This document shows, piece by piece, positions 22,249 through 27,801 of a stretch of DNA of 27,801 nt. The DNA lies in IMG/VR virus record IMGVR_UViG_2802429218_000003, positions 1-27,801 of that record, one strand, 5' to 3'. The notes under the pieces were generated by a model. The model had not been told where the DNA came from and did not search any database. It saw only the letters and a program-made list of their open reading frames with translations. Source of the stretch: a virus. Lineage: Duplodnaviria; Heunggongvirae; Uroviricota; Caudoviricetes. Numbering within the stretch: the stretch's first letter is position 1; each line of letters opens with the position of its first letter. The translations under genes and the position numbers were made by a program.

Positions 22249-22946
22249 ACACTTGCTCCTTTCAGTCCGAACTTAGCTTTAATTTCTGCGATCTTCGCCA
22301 GAGCCTGTGCACGATTTAGAGGTCTACCGCCCATAACAGGAAGTTGTTTTACTGGTTCAGGTATCGTCTCACCACGGTTAATTCGCGCTGTCATACAGGT
22401 CAGTTCATCGGCAGCCTTGCGCCGTAATTCCGCATCAGTAAGCGCATTGGCCCGCATGTTCTGATACAGGTTGGTAACCAGCCAGTAGTGCGCGTTTGAT
22501 TTCCACGGATAAGACTCCGCATCCGGATACAGGCCTCGCTTCCGGCAATACTCGTAAACCATATCAACCAGCTCGCTGACGTTTGGCAGTCCGGCGATAA
22601 CGGATGCTTCTTCCCGGCACCATGCAACAAACTGCCCGGGTGATGGCAGAAATGGTCGATTCTGCCGACGGGCTACGCGCATTCCTGCGTTAACCTGTTC
22701 CATTGTGGTGATCCCGTTTTCCCGGAAAGCCAGCACCCACTGGCGGCGGATTTCGTTCAGTTCGTTCTGGTCCCGGTTAGCCAGGCTCGCCGGGAAAGTT
22801 GCCAGTAACTGGCTGAACACACCATTGATGATCTGCGCTACCTGTTGTACCTGCGGCTTTTCGTCGTACTGTTCCGGCATGTTGTTGGCGATCCGACGCA
22901 TCTGCTCACGGTCAAAGTTAACCATCTGTGCGGCGATGTTTTTCAT
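22245..22946 (-). CDS. P: Replication protein P (DnaB helicase loader)
   Basis: 233-aa ORF matching recalled lambda P. Confidence 0.95.
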   Translation of the reverse strand: MKNIAAQMVNFDREQMRRIANNMPEQYDEKPQVQQVAQIINGVFSQLLATFPASLANRDQNELNEIRRQWVLAFRENGITTMEQVNAGMRVARRQNRPFLPSPGQFVAWCREEASVIAGLPNVSELVDMVYEYCRKRGLYPDAESYPWKSNAHYWLVTNLYQNMRANALTDAELRRKAADELTCMTARINRGETIPEPVKQLPVMGGRPLNRAQALAKIAEIKAKFGLKGASV

Positions 22947-23842
22947 AAATCCACCCCGTAAATCCAGTCAGTGTTTGTCAGGTCGAGTTTTGGTTTGCTG
23001 GCTGTCACGCCTGCCTGTTGCTTGTTACGGTTGATTTCGAGCTGGGTCCACTTGTCGCGGAGTTTGGCCGGACTCAGCACGTTACCGGACCAGAAGTTGT
23101 CCTGGCAGGCCCAGCGGAAAAGCACACACATATCGCGGTGGTTACGTCCGTCACGTTCACGCATCAGGCGGATATCGTTAGCCCACCCAGCAAAATTCGG
23201 TTTTCTGGCTGATGGCGCGATGGTCTTCACCATGTCAAACATCCACTCTGCGGCGGTCAGGTCTTCTGCTGTTCCCCACTTGCTGCCGCTCTGAATTGCA
23301 GCATCCGGTTTAACCACAGAAAGATCATTTTCTGGCTGGTCAGAGGATTCGCCAGAATTCTCTGACGAATAATCTTTTCTTTTTTCTTTTGTAATAGTGT
23401 CTTTTGTGTCCCCCTGTTTTGAGGGATAGCAATCCCCCAATTTGAGGGATGTTTTATCCCTCGTTTTAGGGGATTTTCCCTCGTTTTGAGGGATACACCA
23501 TTCTGAGATGTTTTTATTTGGTCCAAACATGCCGCCTTGCTGCTTGATAATATTCATTCTGACGAGTTCTAACTTGGCTTCATTGCACCGTTTGACAGGT
23601 AACTTTGTAATCTCGCTAAGTTGAGAATCGGTGATTCTGTCCATTGGTTTATTCCACCCATAGGTTTTACGCAGAATGGCAAGCAGCACTTTAAACTGTC
23701 GCTTGGTCAGATCTGCGCCCGAATAAGCCTCAAGCAGCATATTTGATAGTCTGGCGTAACCATCATCGAGATCTGCCACATTACGCTCCTGTCCGGCAAA
23801 GTTACCTCTGCCGAAGTTGAGTATTTTTGCTGTATTTGTCAT
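22943..23842 (-). CDS. O: Replication initiator protein O
   Basis: 299-aa ORF matching recalled lambda O; contains the ori iterons. Confidence 0.95.
   Translation of the reverse strand: MTNTAKILNFGRGNFAGQERNVADLDDGYARLSNMLLEAYSGADLTKRQFKVLLAILRKTYGWNKPMDRITDSQLSEITKLPVKRCNEAKLELVRMNIIKQQGGMFGPNKNISEWCIPQNEGKSPKTRDKTSLKLGDCYPSKQGDTKDTITKEKRKDYSSENSGESSDQPENDLSVVKPDAAIQSGSKWGTAEDLTAAEWMFDMVKTIAPSARKPNFAGWANDIRLMRERDGRNHRDMCVLFRWACQDNFWSGNVLSPAKLRDKWTQLEINRNKQQAGVTASKPKLDLTNTDWIYGVDL
23410..23495. repeat. ori: ori-lambda iterons: four ~19-bp repeats with TCCCTC...GAGGGA inverted symmetry, adjacent AT-rich stretch at 23375-23400
   Basis: Read directly: CCCCTGTTTTGAGGGATA / ATCCCCCAATTTGAGGGATG / ATCCCTCGTTTTAGGGGAT / TTCCCTCGTTTTGAGGGATA inside the O coding region. 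Confidence 0.8.
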
Positions 23843-23874
23843 AATGACTCCTGTTGATAGATCCAGTAATGACC

Positions 23875-24171
23875 TCAGAACTCCATCTGGATTTGTTCAG
23901 AACGCTCGGTTGCCGCCGGGCGTTTTTTATTGGTGAGTCCATCAAGCGCATACTTAAAAGCCCTGCTAATCGGACTGATGTCTGATGCCATTCCGAAAGC
24001 ACACAAGACCGAAGCAATAAATCTCCAGTCAGTTCTGCTTATCTTCGATTCATGACAGCCAATCATCTTTGCCAGACCGCGCTGGGTAAGCGTTGACAGG
24101 TTGATGAGTAAATCTGTTTCTGCGCGATCAACGTCGCGCTGTGATAGTTTGCTGTAACTTGTTTGTTCCAT
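23875..24171 (-). CDS. cII: CII-like transcriptional activator (mosaic: divergent N-terminal and HTH region, lambda-like C-terminus)
   Basis: 98-aa ORF between cro and O; HTH-like segment QRGLAKMIGCHESKISR; the last ~19 residues (TNKKRPAATERSEQIQMEF) match recalled lambda CII. Confidence 0.8.
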   Translation of the reverse strand: MEQTSYSKLSQRDVDRAETDLLINLSTLTQRGLAKMIGCHESKISRTDWRFIASVLCAFGMASDISPISRAFKYALDGLTNKKRPAATERSEQIQMEF

Positions 24172-24269
24172 TTCTTAAGATTTCCAATAGTGAATAGTTA
24201 GTTGAAAGGTATAGTTGAAAGGTATGCGTGGAAACGCATATGGCCTTAGTTAGTCAGATATCTTGGGAC

Positions 24270-24315
24270 TCGCTTTTCAGCGACGTAGGACGAATGTCCG
24301 TTGTTACAAAGAGCG
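24270..24315 (-). promoter_or_regulatory. nutR: nutR: boxA CGCTCTTTGTAACAA (24301-24315) and boxB hairpin TCGCT-GAAA-AGCGA (24270-24283)
   Basis: Read directly on the minus strand just downstream of the cro stop; the boxB stem-loop has the same GAAA loop as the nutL candidate. Confidence 0.6.
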
Positions 24316-24322
24316 GGGTTAC

Positions 24323-24550
24323 TTATGCTGCCAGAAGGTTCTTTTTGCTTATTTCAAGCAATTCGCTTGCTTGATATTTGCCACCAGAAATCTCTTCGAT
24401 TTTTGAGGCGTATTTCGTTTTCCCAAAAAACTCAGTCTTAGGGAGGAAGCCGTTTTTGAGCCACTTATAGACAGCCCTTTCGCTAACTCCACAAGCCTTC
24501 GCAACTTCAGGGATGCCGACACTCTTAATCGGCTCATCAAGATTTTGCAT
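24323..24550 (-). CDS. cro: Cro-like HTH repressor
   Basis: 75-aa ORF divergent from cI, first gene of the rightward early operon; HTH-like segment VAKACGVSERAVYKWLKNG; not lambda Cro. Confidence 0.75.
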   Translation of the reverse strand: MQNLDEPIKSVGIPEVAKACGVSERAVYKWLKNGFLPKTEFFGKTKYASKIEEISGGKYQASELLEISKKNLLAA

Positions 24551-24627
24551 AGGAATACCTCTTTCGTACTTTCAGTACGTATTATGGTTGAACTGAAAGT
24601 TTTTGCAAGTGCTTTAGTATCGTACTC
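24551..24627. promoter_or_regulatory. oR/pR/pRM divergent promoter-operator region
   Basis: 77-bp cI-cro intergenic region containing palindrome CGTAC-TTTCA-GTACG (24555-24569), inverted repeat partner AACTGAAAGTT (24581-24591) and a further CGTACT (24611-24616). Confidence 0.6.
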
Positions 24628-25335
24628 ATGGTTCAGAATGAAAAAGTGCGCAAAGAATTCGCCCAGCGGCTAGCGCAAGCCTGTAAAGAAGCTGGTCTTG
24701 ATGAACATGGTAGGGGAATGGCCATAGCCCGTGCCCTTTCTCTTTCGTCCAAAGGCGTTAGCAAATGGTTTAATGCTGAGTCTTTACCGCGTCAGGAAAA
24801 AATGAATGCGCTTGCGAAATTTCTAAACGTTGATGTTGTTTGGCTTCAGCACGGCACTTCGTTAAATGGAGCGAATGATGAAGATACTCTTTCATTTGTT
24901 GGCAAATTTAAAAAAGGGTTAGTGCGCGTGGTTGGTGAGGCAATTCTTGGTGTTGATGGTGCCATCGAGATGACCGAAGAGCGCGATGGGTGGCTCAAAA
25001 TTTATAGCGATGATCCAGATGCCTTTGGCCTTCGTGTGAAAGGAGACAGCATGTGGCCCAGAATAAAATCAGGAGAATATGTACTCATTGAGCCTAACAC
25101 CAAAGTATTCCCGGGTGATGAGGTGTTTGTCAGAACCATCGAAGGACACAACATGATCAAGGTTCTTGGCTATGACAGAGATGGAGAATACCAATTTACA
25201 AGCATCAACCAGGACCACAGGCCAATAACGTTGCCTTATCATCAAGTAGCAAAGGTGGAGTATGTGGCTGGTATTCTGAAGCAATCTCGCCATCTGGATG
25301 ACATTGAGGCAAGGGAATGGCTGAAAAGTTCGTGA
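24628..25335 (+). CDS. cI: CI-type prophage repressor (N-terminal HTH, C-terminal LexA-like S24 peptidase domain)
   Basis: 235-aa ORF divergent from cro; HTH-like N-terminus; C-terminal domain with the GDSM serine motif (VKGDSMWPRI) typical of LexA/CI autocleaving repressors; sequence is not lambda CI. Confidence 0.9.
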   Translation: MVQNEKVRKEFAQRLAQACKEAGLDEHGRGMAIARALSLSSKGVSKWFNAESLPRQEKMNALAKFLNVDVVWLQHGTSLNGANDEDTLSFVGKFKKGLVRVVGEAILGVDGAIEMTEERDGWLKIYSDDPDAFGLRVKGDSMWPRIKSGEYVLIEPNTKVFPGDEVFVRTIEGHNMIKVLGYDRDGEYQFTSINQDHRPITLPYHQVAKVEYVAGILKQSRHLDDIEAREWLKSS

Positions 25336-25440
25336 CTTCATCGTCACATAGCTGATAGTCAGTGGCCTAAAAAGACGTTTGGGTCGTGAATTAGTTTTCA
25401 AACATCTATGTTTGGTGCCTATATCTAGGAAAAATAGGTT

Positions 25441-26178
25441 TTGCAAAATAACTATCTACAGGTTATAGCCTATACTAGGCGCATGAATGATGGTATGACC
25501 AAGCCATTCCTTTGTACTTGCCAAGATGGGCTGGCTTACATAGTTAAAGGAAGGCCAAAACTTCGCCAAAAAGAGCTTGTAGCAGAATTTATTGCCGCCC
25601 ATCTAGCAAAACAGATAGGTCTGCCATGTCCTGATTTTTGCATTGTTGATGTTGATTGTGGGTTAATCGAGTTCATGCCTGACTTGCGTGGTGAGCTTTT
25701 GCCTGGACCTGCATTTGCTACCCGCTTTATTGAAAATGCATCAATCATAAATATTCAACAAGCAAGGAGTGCTGTAACCATTCAGGAACAAAAGAAAATA
25801 TTCTTCTTTGACCGCTGGATAAACAACGCAGACAGATCATTGACTGACATTGGTGGTAATGTAAACATAATTTACGATGCATTTAACAATAGGTATTACC
25901 TGATTGACCATAATCTGGCGTTCGCGCAGGATACAAGATCTCATGAGTATGATGTCCATGTGTATTCGCCGAATGGAAGACCGTGGGTTTTCGACATGCT
26001 CGACGAACCCGAACTGATGGATCTTGCAAATGATGCTATTAGTTCAGTAGAGGAGAAATTTAATCAGCTTCCGGATGAGTGGTTTTCAACCGATGAAGAA
26101 CGAAGGCTAATGCTGAATGAGATAATGAACTGCCTGAACAGAGTGCACGACAGAGAGTTTTGGAGTAACATCAAATGA
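25441..26178 (+). CDS. HipA-like kinase-domain protein (standalone C-terminal-domain type; start codon uncertain)
   Basis: 245-aa track ORF starting at TTG 25441 (AGGA 10-13 nt upstream); alternative ATG starts at 25483 and 25495. Segment ELVAEFIAAHLAKQIGLPCPDFCIV resembles recalled E. coli HipA (EYYCLLLAKELGLNVPDAEII); FFFDRWINNADRS aligns with the HipA catalytic loop VFQWLIGATDGHAKN but has Ser in place of His. Confidence 0.7.
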   Translation: MQNNYLQVIAYTRRMNDGMTKPFLCTCQDGLAYIVKGRPKLRQKELVAEFIAAHLAKQIGLPCPDFCIVDVDCGLIEFMPDLRGELLPGPAFATRFIENASIINIQQARSAVTIQEQKKIFFFDRWINNADRSLTDIGGNVNIIYDAFNNRYYLIDHNLAFAQDTRSHEYDVHVYSPNGRPWVFDMLDEPELMDLANDAISSVEEKFNQLPDEWFSTDEERRLMLNEIMNCLNRVHDREFWSNIK

Positions 26179-26993
26179 CCACACCATGCCTGTATAGCAT
26201 TATTAGATATGCTCCATATGCAGAAACCGAAGAGTTTGCTAATGTCGGTGTGGTTCTTTGTGCCCCGAAATTAGGTCAGTTTTGCTTTAAACTGACCCAA
26301 AGCAACAATGCCAGAGTAAAAAACTTTTTTCAGGATGAAATCATTTTCCCTCACGCGAGGGATGCAATTGCAAGAGAGCTAAAATTTGCTCAAGAGCAAA
26401 GTTATAAATTCAATTCTCCTGAAAAATTAGCAAATTTTTTCAACTACTTAATTGGCAGGAAAGAGTCAATCATTCATTTTAGCTCTGCAAGAGTTGCAAT
26501 GTCTGCTTGTCCACAAGACATGATGCACATACTTTTTAATAAGTTTGTACATCATTCAGAAATAACAAAAGAATCTCGTGAGACCATCCTGACGAGAGAG
26601 CTTAAGCATCGTTTCTCTCATTATAACGAACTCAGGAACGCCTTTAAAAAGGAAATGCTTGGTGGTGAACTAACGCGGTTTTCTGTACCATTTGTTGCCC
26701 GTCACGATGGAGAGATTTTATGTGCTATCAAACCCCTAACATTCACTCAGGACAAGCCTGAGAAAATGTTGGAGCACTGCGACTCTTGGACGGCCAAAAT
26801 TCTGCGCGCCGCCAGTGAAAAAATTTTATCTGTCTCAAATGTGTTATTTACGATAGATGCACCTCGCCAGCCAAGTGAGCTTGAGGTAAAAGCGATGAGT
26901 GAGATTCGTAAGACATTCGATGAGAAAGGTATAAATCACGTAGAGCATCAGGATGAAGCATCAATAGTAAAGTTTGCTAAGCAAGCAATTTAA
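26175..26993 (+). CDS. Hypothetical protein, partner of the HipA-like gene (possibly DUF3037-like)
   Basis: 272-aa ORF whose ATG (26175-26177) overlaps the upstream TGA (ATGA coupling); the N-terminal motif YSIIRYAPYAETEEFANVGVVL is tentatively recalled as characteristic of DUF3037; no catalytic motif recognised. Confidence 0.7.
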   Translation: MTTPCLYSIIRYAPYAETEEFANVGVVLCAPKLGQFCFKLTQSNNARVKNFFQDEIIFPHARDAIARELKFAQEQSYKFNSPEKLANFFNYLIGRKESIIHFSSARVAMSACPQDMMHILFNKFVHHSEITKESRETILTRELKHRFSHYNELRNAFKKEMLGGELTRFSVPFVARHDGEILCAIKPLTFTQDKPEKMLEHCDSWTAKILRAASEKILSVSNVLFTIDAPRQPSELEVKAMSEIRKTFDEKGINHVEHQDEASIVKFAKQAI

Positions 26994-27019
26994 CCCGGCC
27001 ACCGAGCCGGGTTTTCTTT
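26992..27019 (+). terminator. Intrinsic terminator ending the cI-cassette transcript (tImm-like)
   Basis: 7-bp stem ACCCGGC/GCCGGGT with 6-nt loop followed by TTTTCTTTT, immediately after the 26993 stop. Confidence 0.7.
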
Positions 27020-27194
27020 TCCTCTCGATCGCCCACCTAAAAATACATAATCGATTGTATTTGTTGAAAAATAAATAGATACAACTTGCTAAACAGTGCA
27101 ACCCTGATCCCTGCCCTATCACCTTCACCCTCAACATTTACAAAAATAAAATACCTTATATATCAAAACCATATCTCGAGAAAACGAATGAACA

Positions 27195-27260
27195 ATAAAA
27201 TTTCGTACTTATGGTTATTGATTATATCGAACCAATAGTTCATTATTATCACCATCAGCA
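27195..27260 (+). promoter_or_regulatory. Putative oL/pL region
   Basis: Contains TTTCGTACTT-ATGGTT (27201-27216), shared with oR, and candidate -35 TTGATT (27218-27223) and -10 CATTAT (27241-27246) hexamers oriented toward N; exact sites not determined. Confidence 0.35.
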
Positions 27261-27293
27261 GGACGCTGGAAGCCAAACGGAACAGACTGGCAG

Positions 27294-27339
27294 GCTCTTT
27301 AAACAACGTCGAACTCTCGACTACGTGGCTGAAAAGCCA
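27294..27339 (+). promoter_or_regulatory. nutL: nutL: boxA-like GCTCTTTAAACAA (27294-27306) and boxB hairpin TGGCT-GAAA-AGCCA (27326-27339)
   Basis: Read directly upstream of N; boxB has a 5-bp stem and GAAA loop, the same architecture as nutR. Confidence 0.6.
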
Positions 27340-27437
27340 GATCACCCAACCACATGAGCTGTGGGATGCAATGCCGAAGCAACCGTCTCAGGAGGAGCTT
27401 CGAGATTGCATCACCAAAGTTTATTCGGGAGGAATCT

Positions 27438-27710
27438 ATGTCCAGAAAAACAGAATTTAAAGGCACCGCAGCTTCTCGCCGTAGAGCTCGTCGCGCAAAC
27501 CTGCAAAGTCAGGAGGCGATTAGCTCCGACAAGCTACACAGGCCAACCACCTCACGAGTGGTCTTGCAATGCAAGCGCAAACCAGCAATGAGAGCAGAAG
27601 TTATAACTCTGACAACGTTGATCAGAAAATATGAAGGTTCAACTTGTCTTCCAAACGTAGCTCTTTACGCGGCAGGCTACCGGAAATCAAAACAACTGAC
27701 GGCGAGATGA
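27438..27710 (+). CDS. N: N-type transcription antiterminator (arginine-rich motif; P22 gp24-like C-terminus)
   Basis: Track ORF 27354-27710; ATG at 27438 has a GGGAGG Shine-Dalgarno and gives 90 aa; N-terminal ARM TAASRRRARRANLQ; C-terminus LPNVALYAAGYRKSKQLTAR matches the recalled P22 N C-terminus. Confidence 0.8.
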   Translation: MSRKTEFKGTAASRRRARRANLQSQEAISSDKLHRPTTSRVVLQCKRKPAMRAEVITLTTLIRKYEGSTCLPNVALYAAGYRKSKQLTAR

Positions 27711-27801
27711 CGATCCCCGCCGTCGGTGATGCTGCCAACTTACTGATTTAGTGTATGATGGTGTTTTTGAGGTGCTCCAGTGGCTTCTGTTTCTATCAGC
27801 T

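Noticed and set aside
23802-24017. 71-aa minus-strand ORF overlapping cII in another frame
   Set aside because: Alternative frame within cII; cII-like identity is carried by the 23875-24171 frame.
24349-24540. 63-aa minus-strand ORF overlapping cro
   Set aside because: Alternative frame inside the cro-like gene; the 75-aa frame has the HTH-like sequence and proper start.
25332-25347. Hairpin GTGAC-TTCATC-GTCAC overlapping the cI stop codon, considered as a terminator separating cI from the cassette
   Set aside because: No downstream U-tract, so not a convincing intrinsic terminator; it may be an RNA processing or stability element, and I cannot distinguish these from sequence.
25069-25446. 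125-aa minus-strand ORF spanning the cI 3' end
   Set aside because: Antisense to the repressor gene and AT-rich; no Shine-Dalgarno; likely spurious.
27163-27345. 60-aa minus-strand ORF in the oL/pL-nutL region
   Set aside because: Low-complexity AT-rich translation overlapping operator/promoter and nut elements; no start context.
27354-27437. N-terminal 28-codon extension of the N ORF
   Set aside because: The ATG at 27438 has a strong GGGAGG Shine-Dalgarno and gives an N-sized protein; the upstream extension overlaps nutL.

Overview
This window is a nearly complete segment of a lambda-like (lambdoid) temperate phage, probably a prophage, with almost every lambda-type gene on the minus strand. 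No database search was run: all identifications rest on the six-frame ORF track, on reading the sequence, and on recalled lambda, P22 and E. coli HipA sequences. Reading left to right: partial tail gene K, then L, M, H, T/G (with the GGGAAAG frameshift site), V, U, Z, FII, FI, E, D, C/Nu3, B, W, A, Nu1, the cos region, three small accessory ORFs, the lysis cassette Rz/Rz1-R-S, two tRNA-like genes just downstream of tR', pR' and Q, the nin region (NinI, NinH, NinG, NinF, an unknown ORF, NinE, a Dam-like methyltransferase, NinB, a small membrane-protein ORF), Ren, P, O with ori iterons, a cII-like gene, nutR and a Cro-like gene. On the plus strand sit a non-lambda CI-type repressor, a translationally coupled two-gene cassette, a terminator, oL/pL and nutL, and a P22-like N antiterminator. 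The most interesting locus is that cassette (25441-26993): a HipA-like kinase-domain protein plus a 272-aa partner of unknown function, sitting exactly where lambda carries rexA-rexB. I propose it as a candidate prophage-encoded exclusion or abortive-infection module. No CRISPR array, IS element, integrase or att site is visible in the window.
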